From: Dendrobates tinctorius
Taxonomy: Eukaryota
Length of the DNA: 64,000 bases
Reading direction: 5' to 3'
Assembly (NCBI RefSeq): GCF_039654945.1
Contig: NW_027361771.1
Location: forward strand, 40,114,001-40,178,000
In this document: positions 52,101 through 64,000 of the stretch, piece by piece
Layout: each line of letters begins with the position of its first letter
Numbering within the stretch: the first letter of the stretch is position 1
Translations under genes and position numbers: made by a program
Notes under the pieces: generated by a model
Databases searched by the model: none
Seen by the model: only the letters and a program-made list of their open reading frames with translations
What the model was told of the DNA's origin: nothing

Positions 52101-55095
52101 TTACTCGCCTGATTCCCCATCTCAAAATAAGACTGCCGGGCAAAAAATAATTTACGTTTCGTCTTGGTGTCCGTGTATTGAGCATATAACCTTTGAGCGG
52201 TCAGCCATTCTATCCTATTACTGTTAGATTGATCCGATATATAGGCTGCCTCCGAGTCTTTCAGACGTCGCTCCATCTCGCCATCCTCCTCCGATCTCAC
52301 TCGCTTAATGTGAGAAATTGTAGAGGATAAACAACCCCGTAAATAGGCTTTAAGAGCATCCCAAAATACATTAATATTTCGGGGTGGGACGAGACGAAGC
52401 AACGTAGCTGATCTATTGTTCTATCAGGGGGTGTTATCAACTTCAGCCAAAAAGGGTTCAGCTTCCATGCCATTCTGTTAGTCAATGGCCCATATTTAAG
52501 TTTGAGAATGACTGGACTATGATCCGAAACTCCCCTGCTCCCGTGTTTAATGTCCTCCACCCACGCCGCCAAACCGCTTTATCCAAAAATGTAGTCTATG
52601 CGAGACAGAGAGCGTTTAGTGGAGGAATGGCAAGTGTATTCCCTCGTCTCTGGATGGTGCACTCTCCATAGATCTAGCCACCCACTACCCGCCATGAATT
52701 GTGACAGTTGGGATGAGCCCGGGGGGGGGTGAACCCCACCCTGTACTCCATCACCCAGCCTCAATTTATCAAGATGGCTATACATGACCAGATTAAAATC
52801 TCCCATACAGATGACCTGTGCGTCTGGGTAACTTAAAGCGAAGCTCAATGCCCTCTGGAGAATTGATATATTAGCCGGAGGGGGATTGTAAATACAAAGG
52901 ATGACATATTTCCGAGAGTCAATCAGAGCATGAACAAACAAACAAATCGTCCCTCTGGGTCTCTCCGGGCTTCCCTGACCTCCCACCGAACATCCTTATG
53001 AATTAACAGAGAAACTCCCCTTGAGTAGCTGGTGTGAAAAGACTGCATAAACCATTGCACCCACGGCTTCTGCACCCACCGAACTGTATCCCTGGTCAGG
53101 TGCGTCTCCACTAGGGCCAATATGTGAGGACGGCAATGTCTGACCTGTGAGAATACCTTAATTTTCTTGCGAGGGATTTTTATGCCCCTCACATTCCAGG
53201 TCATACAAATCAGCTCAGAACCCATTACCATCCATTCAAATATGGTGTATAATGGCGCCCAAGCCAGGTGCAGAGAGTCCACACAGATAGCAGAATTTGA
53301 CGTAGGCTGCAGCCTCTATCTAAACAACAACAAACATAAAAAAAAATTTTAAAAAAGAAAAAGTAAAAGCAATGCAGGAACCTAGTAACATAGGCGTACA
53401 GTCTTACGCCCCCAACAGAAAATGAATAAGGGGATACCATCACTGAGCACAGTGTCCGGTATAGCTGGTATCTGAGAACTCGCCGGGAGAGCTCCAATTA
53501 GACCTTTGGTTGAAAGGATCCGAAATAAGTCGCCGCATTGGGACTCCCTCGCCGGGGATCCCCCAAGGGACCGCAGCCATTCAGTCGCCTCCGCCGGATC
53601 CGTAAAAAATACAGAAGAACCCTCATGGACAACTCGGAGCCGGGCTGGATATATCATAGAATATACAATGTTCCTGTCTCTGAGCCGCTTCTTGACCTCG
53701 AAGAACTGCGCCCGCTGTTTCTGCAGCTCCACGGAGAAGTCCGGAAAGATGGAAATGACAACATTATTGAATTTAATAGGACTTTTCAGGCGCGCCAGGC
53801 GTAAGATGGTGTCTCTGTCCTTGCAGTTGAGCAGGCATGCCAGGAATGGTCGAGGTGGGGCCCCTGGAGGCAGGGGTCTGGTAGGGACCCTGTGAGCTCT
53901 TTCAACGGCGAATGAGGAGAATTCGTCCCCTAAGGAGGTCTTAAGCCAATCCTCTAGAAACTGCTCAGGATGCTGACCCTCCGAGCGCTCAGGCAGCCCA
54001 ACTATACGTATATTATTCCTGCGCATTCTGTTTTCTAAATCATCCGCCTTTTGCTTCCAGGCATTCATGGAGCCCGCCACCTTCGTTAATTTAGCCTCCA
54101 TAGGTGTAATGGTATCTTCCACCCTGGACACCCTCGTTTCCACCTCCGTAATGCGTCCCTTCATGGCCTGCATATCCTGACGGAGTCTCCCCACCTCCGT
54201 ATAAACATCCTCAATTTTCTCTGTCAGGGATGTCCTGGTCAATGAGAGAGCCTGCATCAACTGCGCAGACGCTTGTTTAAGGGTCAATTCTTCCTGATCC
54301 GTCTCCTCCTCTCCCCCAGAAGGGCGATTTTTGCGTTGAACTTGAGAGGATGTGCTCCTACTGTGCCGCGCACTTTCAGCGGGGTCAGGTCTAGCAAACT
54401 CCTTTAATTTTTCCGCCGCTCCCGGCCCCTTAAGTCGGCTCATGATTGTCTGCAGTGCGGCTGATAAAACAAATTAAGGTGTGCAATCCAGGTATTGCCC
54501 ACTACAGATGGGTATCACAGCGGGCTGGTAACAGTTAATTGTGAATCAAGCTACAGAGGGACATTTGAGGGATTACCAGGGCAGCAGCTAGGTACAGTCC
54601 AGATGATCTTTATGGTCCGGGGAGGGGGTCCAACAGAGGCAGCTGCAGTGGGGGAGGGTGCACAAAGCCTCCCTTAATAATGGCGCCAGCCGGCAGTGAG
54701 TGGATGGGCAGAGAGGGATACCGCGCAGGGGCCTGTTTCCCAGGGCACTCACCTCGCGCTCCCCCGGATTGTCAATCAAATCTCCTCTCTCCCCGGCGGC
54801 GGTGCAGCAGTGGGAAGCCGGCGCTGCAGCTCTCAGCAGTTGAGCTGCGCGCCCAAGATGGCCACCGCCTCGTGGGAGAACCAGCCGCCCACTCTTATCT
54901 CCCCCGTCGCCCGCTCTCAGGATCCGTCTCCCGACCTGCCACAAAGCGCCCAAGGGGTCCCAGCGTCCGAGGGAGGTCCAGCCAGCAGCAGGTGAACCGC
55001 CAGAAAAAGGTCTAGGGACCAGGATATGGCAGGATTATGCGGAGCTCTCCTCACCAGCGTCCTCTCCCTCTCACGGCATAGCCACGCCCCCCCCT
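49156..55095 (-). mobile_element. Full-length L1 (L1-B, ~5.9 kb): 5'UTR, ORF1, frameshifted ORF2, 3'UTR, poly(A)
   Basis: 13-bp TSD ccacattctcatt (49143-49155, 55096-55108). G-rich 5' end. ORF2 from ~53230 (TWNVRG, GDFN, SRIDY, YRPISL, LDAAKAFD, QGCPLSP, HADD, CLRC). Confidence 0.96.
53382..54443 (-). CDS. L1 ORF1p of L1-B (coiled coil, RRM, CTD); apparently open
   Basis: DDLENRMRRNNIRIVGLPE, VERAHR, IFPDFS, YPARL motifs. The C-terminal ~50 aa may be read-through. Confidence 0.9.
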   Translation of the reverse strand: MSRLKGPGAAEKLKEFARPDPAESARHSRSTSSQVQRKNRPSGGEEETDQEELTLKQASAQLMQALSLTRTSLTEKIEDVYTEVGRLRQDMQAMKGRITEVETRVSRVEDTITPMEAKLTKVAGSMNAWKQKADDLENRMRRNNIRIVGLPERSEGQHPEQFLEDWLKTSLGDEFSSFAVERAHRVPTRPLPPGAPPRPFLACLLNCKDRDTILRLARLKSPIKFNNVVISIFPDFSVELQKQRAQFFEVKKRLRDRNIVYSMIYPARLRVVHEGSSVFFTDPAEATEWLRSLGGSPARESQCGDLFRILSTKGLIGALPASSQIPAIPDTVLSDGIPLFIFCWGRKTVRLCY

Positions 55096-55385
55096 CCACA
55101 TTCTCATTTCTCACCCTCCACAGGTCCGTCATTCCAATCTCTTTAATATAATTCCCAAATGCCGTCAATTTCCTAATGCTTTTACCTGCACTCTGTTTGT
55201 CTACCCCACCCCTCTTCTATAACATTATTGAAATCACCAATAATGGGTAATGGTAATCCCGTATCTCGCTTAAATAATTCCATAACCTCACATAACTTTT
55301 TCCTGCTATATGGCAGTGGTATGTACATAGCTACTATACATAGTGATTGCCCATAGATTTTACAAACAACAAAAATATACTGTCC

Positions 55386-55532
55386 GGGGAGAGGCGGGGG
55401 GGAGGGTTATATTTGGGGAAAAAATGCCGTCTAATGTTAATAATATTGCATAAATGTTCTTCTGTTATGTTATTGGACACTATATGTATACTTTGTATTA
55501 CACTCAATAAAGACGGTTAAAAAAAAAAAAAA
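55386..55532 (+). mobile_element. Short retroelement 3' end (AATAAA plus poly A) inserted in the L1-A endonuclease region
   Basis: Flanked by repeated tactgtcc (55378-55385, 55537-55544). Confidence 0.6.
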
Positions 55533-55637
55533 TATCTACTGTCCTTCACTATCAACATCAATAGCCATTTTTTATGTCATGTTTCAGAAAGCAGCTAAGA
55601 CTTTTCTCATAGTTTTTGTTTTTCCTCTCCTTTCCAG

Positions 55638-55754
55638 CTATTGCAAAGTTGTCTGGTCTATATGAGCTTGCTGATTATGATCTGGGGTCACTGCCTCGCC
55701 ATTCTCTATATTGGCTGTAGAGTAAAGTCATGCTGCAGTTCCTGTAAAGTGGAG
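55638..55754 (+). CDS. TMEM176: TMEM176-like exon 5: TM4 plus Cys cluster (LLQSCLVYMSLLIMIWGHCLAILYIGCRVKSCCSSCKVE)
   Basis: Strong polypyrimidine tract with CAG, donor GAG|gtaagt, 117 nt, phase 0. Supplies the fourth TM helix. Confidence 0.82.
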
Positions 55755-56144
55755 GTAAGTGATTTAATGGCTTATTTCTACCGTGTGCGATGATCCTGCA
55801 AATAGCAGATTATTCTAACCAGCTGTAGGACTCTGATGCCGAACATAAAAATCTCTAACTTGTTGGTGGGGGGCAATATCACCGTAAATATCCCTTTACA
55901 TAGGGTGGGACTAACACTCTCCATATAGCCAATTGATTATCCCAAAGAGAACAGATCTAACACTATAGCTTGTAGACAAAGTGCCCTAAAGCTTGTGAAA
56001 AAATCTAACTGGGTGAATGACCCAGGCAAAGAAGGGAAATCGCAGATAACCAGGGTCCCATCTTTCTACCAAGGTCACCACTCCTAGATAAAGGACAATA
56101 ATATGAGAATACAAAAAAAATCCTCATAGCTACCAGATCGCCAC

Positions 56145-56190
56145 CACCTTGATGCGTTTCTCCATTATCATACTGGTTCATCTGGAGGTG
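56145..56190 (-). ncRNA. Degenerate minimal type I hammerhead ribozyme
   Basis: Minus strand reads cacctc CAGATGA acca...tgga GAAA cgc ATC aaggtg, with U4>A in the core and a stem III CpG change. Confidence 0.55.
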
Positions 56191-56463
56191 TATAGAGGGT
56201 GTTCCGTCATGTAAAGCTTATCAGGGTAGTGACACATGGATGTGTGCAATTGGTCTCTATATATTCTCAAGGTACCTAATAGTGTTTTTATCTGTTTTGT
56301 TTTAAATCGGGTTATTGAGTAACCCAAAATAATACAAAGAGACGAGCATAGCACTCAACATCCACCCACCCTGAACAAAACAATTTTCAGTAACACAGGT
56401 TTCATAGCGCAAAAACTAGTAAATGTCAGTTGAGTTTTACCAGAAATGACTAACTCTGCTTTA

Positions 56464-57129
56464 GGCTATGTGCACACGCTGCGGTTTTTGCTGCGGATCC
56501 GGCTGCTGCAGTTCTGCAGACAGTGTACAGTAGTATGTAAATCTATGTGATTTACAATCTGCTGTGCACATGATGCAGATTTTTAACTGCGGAAAAGCTG
56601 CGGTTTTGAATCCGCAGAAAGAATTGACATGTCACTAGAGTTGAGCGACTTTGGTTGGATCGGGTTTCATGAAACAAAATTTGAGTTAGATGAAACTGGT
56701 CCGACTAGGGCAAAAAAAAAAAAAAAAAAAAGTTGGGAGTTTCGTCCGAAACCCGACCCCAATGCAAGTTAATGGGGAATAAAAGTCGGCATTGAGTGGA
56801 TGAGTGTCATCCGCTCAATGCCGACTTTTTTTCCCCACTGACTTGCATTGGGGTTGGGTTTCGGACAAAACTCCCGACCTTTTTTTTTTTTTTTCCCGAC
56901 CTTTGCCCTAGTCGGACCAGTTTCATCCGACTCAAATTTTGTTTCATGAAACCCGATCCAACCAAAGTCGCTCAACTCTACATGTCACTACTTTTCTGCA
57001 GATTCTGCTGCGATTTACCATCTCCTCCATTGTAGAGGTGATAAACCACAGGGGAAAACCGCAGGTAAAACCGTAGGTCATTTTACCTGCGGTTCCGCAG
57101 ATACAAATCCGCAGCGTGTGCACATAGCC
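56464..57129. mobile_element. Harbinger-type MITE containing a nested hAT MITE
   Basis: tta-ggctatgtgcacacgctgcgg...ccgcagcgtgtgcacatagcc-tta. Confidence 0.9.
56636..56980. mobile_element. hAT-type MITE, near-perfect 345-bp palindrome
   Basis: 8-bp TSD catgtcac (56628-56635, 56981-56988) and TAG...CTA termini. Confidence 0.92.
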
Positions 57130-57369
57130 TTACAACGCCAACCTCCAGTCCTCGGGACCAGTTTATTGTCGACCAATAACATTCCCTTCATCAAATATTA
57201 CAATAATCGTGCATGTTTAGAGAGCCATGTATTTCTTTAGGTGCAATTAAAAATGAACCACATTAAAATTATCCCATTTATATGCTCCTAGAAGAATTTT
57301 ATATTATTTAGGTTAGGAGAACTAATTCTCAAAAGATTCTAATCCTAAGGCATTTAGCCAGGGGTTTAC

Positions 57370-58050
57370 GATGTACATTACTTTCCATAATATTATTGAC
57401 CTTGTTAATTCTCTACACACAGGGGAAGGCAATCAATTTCCCGGCTGCATAAAGAAGTCCAGCAATTGTTTTCCCGTTCATCTGCAAAAGTTTCATCCAC
57501 ATAGCCTAGATTACATGAAATGGGGTCTCTATATCCTGTCACCTCCAAACATATATAGGGCCTCTCTATCCTGTCACACAAGTGCAGGCAGGTCCACATC
57601 ATGTTCAGGAGGTCTGCCCCCTCGGCAGCACACCTATGGCATGTGGAATCCCCACCCAGACCAGCCTTAAACATCCATACTGGTGTTTTGTATACTATAT
57701 ATTGGGTATAAAGTTGCAACATTATCTGTGTTGTCTTTGGGATAATCAAATAGTTAGTCCCCCCCCCCCCCCCTCATGTAAGGTGATATTTATTGGTTAT
57801 TTTGATTTAGCTTCTGTCCCCATTATGTTGGGGATTTTTGTAAGGGAGGTTCACATTTGCATGTACAGGGCTTCCTGAGGCCATTATATCGTGCCAACCT
57901 TTGCAGTCCAGCTAAGGTTCATTTTGTTGATGGAGAGTTTCCTCCTTCGCCTTGCCCCTCTTGCTTTCTTGCTCTATATAGTGTATTGGATATTGACTTT
58001 GACCTCCACACCCTAAGGCCAAGTACCTTTGTTTTGAGAAATAATTGCTG
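57370..58050 (-). mobile_element. Decayed L1 ORF2 C-terminal fragment
   Basis: CHRC...ADLLNMMWTC cysteine-rich domain and RDPISCNLG motif. Confidence 0.7.
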
Positions 58051-58055
58051 CATGT

Positions 58056-58296
58056 TTAACCCCTTCACGACATGCGCCTTACATGTACGCCGCATGTCTG
58101 GTCCCCCCCCCCCCCCTTGATGTGGGCTGCGGTGCTGAGCCCACCTTTCTTTTCCAGCACTTGTCAGCTGTTTTTCTATTTACGGTGTTTACCGATCTGG
58201 TTAATTACACACACACACACACACACACGTCATGACCGGAGGTATTTTCATTTTTGCGTTTTCATTTTTAGCTCCCGTCATTCCCAGGGCAATAAC

Positions 58297-58327
<31 letters not shown>

Positions 58328-58780
58328 TTTTTTTTATTGACCCGGCGATTCTGAACGCGGCGATACCAAATGTGTGTGTTTTTATTTTATTTTGAGTAAG
58401 GTGAAGGGGTGATTTGAACTTATGTTTTTAAAAATATAAAAATTATTTCTTTTTGCTTTTTGGCATGCTTCAATAATCTCCATGGGAGACTAGAAGCTGC
58501 CACAACCCAATCGGCCCTGCTACATACAGGCGATGGTCAGATCACCTCTATGTAGTAGAATTGCTCACTTACTATGAGCGCCGACCCCTGGGTTTCACTT
58601 GCAGCAATCCGGCACGGACAACCATAGAGGTCTCCAGGAGACTCAATGTTGTCATGCCAACACACCGGTGACCCGCGATCACATGATGCGGGTCACTGGT
58701 GAGCACATTTATGGCCGGAAGTGCTTGTTAAATGCCGCTGTCAGTTTGACAGCAGCAGTTAACTAGTTAAAAGGTTAATA
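58056..58780. mobile_element. TTAA-flanked piggyBac-like MITE
   Basis: ttaaccccttcacgac start (as at 11025) and ...aaaggttaa end. Confidence 0.55.
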
Positions 58781-59409
58781 TGTTGGTGACCAAATACACT
58801 GTGAACAGTGTACAAACCTATACCTACACTGTGCATTAGCACAGTCCACTATTGTAAAAGGGTTGCTAAGCGTAGTCTAGTCTTCCTTTCTGGTCCCTAT
58901 TCCCGCACACTATATAGTATGCACAGGGATTCACAGTAGTTGGTATTATGGTAAAATTATGTGTGCAAAATATGTATGTACACCAGGGCTGTGGAGTTGG
59001 AGTCAGTCGGTGTTCATTTTGGTGGAGTCGGTATAAATTGGACTAACTAGTAAAATATACAGGTGGGAAAAATAAGTATTTGATACACTGCCGATTTTTC
59101 AAGTTTTCACACCTACAAAGAATGTAGCGGTCTGTAATTTGTGGTAGCTACACTTCATCTTTTGAGAAACCGAATCTAAAGAATCTCACCTGGTGTGTTG
59201 GAAAGTGGGTAAATAGTATTGGGGTTGATGTCAGCTTTGTATTAGCAGCTGACATCAAGCCCAGAGGTTAGTAATGGAGAGGCATCTATAAGTCAGTCAT
59301 AAAAAATAAAAAACACCCAGAATAAAGTCCTTTAAAAAAAAAAAACGGGCGTCAATGTCTTTCAATTAACTTTAAAAAAAAAAAAAGCAAATACTCACCC
59401 TGACATCTA

Positions 59410-60120
59410 ATCCACTGAAGCCCATGTCTCCTGTAAAAGAAAGTGTTAAACCAACATAATCCTCACCTATCAGACGTGAAGGTAATCCTCAGATGCCGTT
59501 GTCCCCTGTAAAAGAGTAAACAAAATAACCATATTCCTCACCTCTCCAGCAAGAAGATAATCCAGTTGTCCCACACAGTCTAGCTCTGCTGCAACTAGTT
59601 GCCAGGCTGAACACTGGCACGGTGAGCTTTCAGCCTGGCAGCCACCAGATGCATTGAGCTGCGTGTCATAGCTCTGCATTCGTGCATCATGGTATCATGA
59701 GAAAGGTGAGCGGACTTCATAGTCTATGAACTGGTCACCTCACTAACATCACCACTAGGGCATGAGAAAGTTCTGAAGCTAGCGGTGACGTCATTGAGGT
59801 GAACAGAGTTGATCGGCAAAGTGCTCTGCTCACCTTATCCATGTCACCGCAAGACACACATGCTGTGCTATTATGCGCAGCTCAGTGTCTTTGCTGGTTG
59901 GCAGGCTGAACTCTCGCATCATGCCAACTTTCAGCCTGGAAACTAGATGTATCATCTCTACACTAATCAAGGGACAACTGGATTATCTTAGAGAGGTGAG
60001 GAATGGTTGTTTACTCTTACAGGGGGGATATTGGCATCAGAGGATTATGGTCATGTCTGGTAGGTGAGGATTATATTGGTTTATTTTAATTGATTTACAA
60101 GGGACTTGGGTTTCAGTGGC
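59410..60120. repeat. Long imperfect palindrome (~350-bp arms), MITE interior related to 12545-13140
   Basis: ccactgaagccca...cctcacct...gataatccagttgtccc mirrored by gggacaactggattatc...aggtgagg...tttcagtgg. Confidence 0.7.
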
Positions 60121-60250
60121 TTGGGTTTCTGTGGCTACTCTATAAGTGCAGTGTTTTTTTTTGTTTTTTTTTATAAATTGCATTCATCGGCTTTCAACGC
60201 AAGTGTGAGCGAGCCCTAAGGTGAGTATCTGCACATTGGGAGTGTAGCTA

Positions 60251-61838
<1,588 letters not shown>

Positions 61839-62271
61839 TAGGAGAGTCTCCCAGTAATAAAACTTAACCTTTAATCCTATTGATAAAATGGACAAAAAAC
61901 ATGACACATAATTCACATAAAGTGCTCGTGCAAAAACCAGTGCTCAATAATAAAAAATTGGCTTGATCTCACCAATAAGGACTCGCAGACTTCCACAGCA
62001 GGTTATCCTCTACATGTCACAGGAGTAGTAGGCCCTCAAACCTATGCCAAATTGGCTTACAGGTTATTACCTGTGACGTCACACGCCGTGGGTGGGTCTT
62101 GCATGTAAACCCTATAAGAATGGGGCTTTAGGAGTTGGGCTATCAAGGATTTAACTAGGTAGGGACACAGATGGTCACATCTAACAATAGGGATCCTGCC
62201 ACTGTCGGGATCCATAATGTGGACGGACATTTAATTTTTATCTTTGTTCCCACTGGATTTGATTCGAGTAA

Positions 62272-62318
62272 CTCCCCTGATGAATCCCCCAGTGACTGGT
62301 GAAGAAACTCGTAGGGAG
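62272..62318 (+). ncRNA. Minimal type I hammerhead ribozyme
   Basis: Stem I ctccc/gggag, CTGATGA core 62277-62283, stem II tc..ccag tga ctgg.ga, GAAA 62304-62307, minimal stem III AC-TC-GT, cleavage triplet GTA 62311-62313. Confidence 0.75.
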
Positions 62319-62913
62319 ACAAACTATTTTATTTGGTTGGTGGACTGTCCATAGCAGGGTTCACTTAGGGCCTGTCCTTGCCAGGACGGAAGCATTGCAA
62401 GGGACACGACGGGGAGCTTTATTGAGGGTACTCAATAGTGATGATATACAGCACACTTTGCTGACTTTCGAGTATCTGCACATTGCATCATGAATGCAGG
62501 TGGGGGTCTAATCTGGTCACTTCCTAGAGGATTTTGGCCTGGAGTCTGTATGCAGGGAGGTCTGGTTTTTAGTTGATATAAAGGGAGGTCTCCATTTTAT
62601 GTAACGTTCAATTCTTTGGCTAGTGCCACTTGTAGTACTTATTTTGGGGGGTATGCTGATGGGCATCACATTTCCTATTTGCAAATCAAATGCCATAGGG
62701 TGTATGTTATCTAAATTATTGAGGGGAAAAGTCGGCAAGTACGCCGTAGGTGATGTTCTTTTTTCACTGTTAGTGATATTTCTATCCACTGCATCGTGTA
62801 TCCCTTCACAAGTCTGAGTATTTAAGAGGGGTAATCATACTCTTCTTTACTGTACATGTAATATAACATGATCTTACAATAATGAAATCTAATACGTGTC
62901 TTTGCTTTTTCAG

Positions 62914-62976
62914 AGGGTTGAGAAGTACGATGAACTGCTAAAACCGGATCCATCTGATGACATCATCATTGCCTAA
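62914..62976 (+). CDS. TMEM176: TMEM176-like terminal coding exon (RVEKYDELLKPDPSDDIIIA*)
   Basis: Acceptor tttttcag, in-frame TAA, followed by T-rich 3'UTR-like sequence. Confidence 0.7.
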   Translation, partial: RVEKYDELLKPDPSDDIIIA

Positions 62977-63517
62977 GGCGGAGATCCTGGGCTCTGAACA
63001 GATTCTACTAATCATGGGCTAGATGGGTTTCATTACTTCTGATAGTGTGCCTCTTCTCTTACAGCCATTTACCCACTACTCCTGTCATTAGTCATTTCTT
63101 TGGTCCAATATTTCTTTAGTTTTCTAAATTTAGGTGATAAAAGTCCAGTCCAAAGCTGAAGTTTGTAGCACTGATGCTTGTTAGAATTGGCTTTTTGAAT
63201 ATTGACTACTGATGTCACTTTATACCCTGTATTCAGTATGGTTTAAACGCTGATGTGTTTGGTAGGTAGATCTTAAAGAAATGGTGCCTGTTTCTTCAAA
63301 TATTGCGTGTATTTGTGTTCTTAATTTTGGAAAATTTAATCTTTTCCTGGTATACTGTATTGTTTCGAGTGTGCCTCAGCTCTATCCCTGTGACTTTCCT
63401 CTAATTTACGTTGGTTCTTTACAATTCAATGATTTTATAGTGCCTTTCTGATATCTTGTGTTGGTTTGGGAAGTACCGTAGTTGAATATAAAATCAGACC
63501 CTACAAATACATTCTGT

Positions 63518-63675
63518 AAGGCTATGTGCCCACGATGAGTTTTTGGTGCCACACCAACAATGTGCTAAAAATGCACTCAAAAACACGATGACAGAAAATG
63601 CAAGAAACCTAATTTTTAGTTAATTGATGCAGAAAATCTACAACATTAAAAGCTCATTGTGGAAACATAGCCTGA
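63518..63675. mobile_element. Small Harbinger-type MITE
   Basis: taa-ggctatgtgcccacgatgag...ctcattgtggaaacatagcc-tga. Confidence 0.65.
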
Positions 63676-64000
63676 TGGTATGAAATCTCAAGCCACCACT
63701 AAGTGGCCTACAAGTATGCATTTTATGTGTAGGTGCTGGTGTTTCCAAAGAAGTGGGGAACATTGACGTCCTCGCATTAACAGCGGCATATCTGTCAACC
63801 TAAACAACATTCAGTACAGGATTCTCAACATAAAAATCGCCACCATTGCACCCTTACAGTCCACAGAATGTGATCCGGTCTACTACGAGTGACCCCTACA
63901 TCCTGTCATGGAATCTGGCAGCCCACCCTCTGTAAAGAACCGTAGTGTCCAATGATATATACTATATATAATCACTTCTGATCAATCACAATTGTTAATC

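Larger units (their letters stand above)
39685..55562 (-). mobile_element. Old 5'-truncated L1 (L1-A, ~3.6 kb of own sequence) split by four later insertions
   Basis: poly(A) (poly T on +) at 39688-39716. ORF2 segments are in correct order on the minus strand: EN (IIGDFN, SRIDMAL), YRPISLL, GFMPK|KSTAINLRR, DARKAF, GTRQGC, YAGD, KDGGGLALPN. Possible TSD agccatt at 39678 and 55563. Confidence 0.88.

Noticed and set aside
62977-64000. Poly(A) signal of the TMEM176-like gene
   Set aside because: No clear AATAAA seen. The ATTAAA at ~63646 lies inside a MITE, so the 3' end is left uncalled.

Overview
Vertebrate, very probably frog (anuran), genomic DNA. It contains two head-to-head host genes. 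CNPY3 lies on the minus strand, with three coding exons at 3600-86, and runs off the left edge. A complete 6-coding-exon, 264-aa CD20/MS4A-superfamily TMEM176-like gene lies on the plus strand (ATG 20948, TAA 62976). The two genes appear to share a compact bidirectional promoter at ~7340-7650 (perfect NF-kB site, AP-1/M-box, TATA, ETS, E-box, CCAAT). The introns are mostly nested mobile DNA: five DIRS1-type tyrosine-recombinase retrotransposons (all + strand), several L1s (one full length with TSD), CR1 fragments, two Tc1 elements, pogo-, Harbinger-, hAT- and piggyBac-type MITEs, a Helitron end, and two minisatellites. Most notable observations: (1) a 5' splice-donor motif about 20 nt inside every DIRS right terminus, with acceptor-like left termini, both inside the segments mirrored by the ICR; (2) short GT-AG intron-like segments in DIRS gag leaders; (3) a ~640-bp, 16-bp-TSD-flanked element carrying a minimal hammerhead ribozyme. 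All calls were made by eye and no database search was run.
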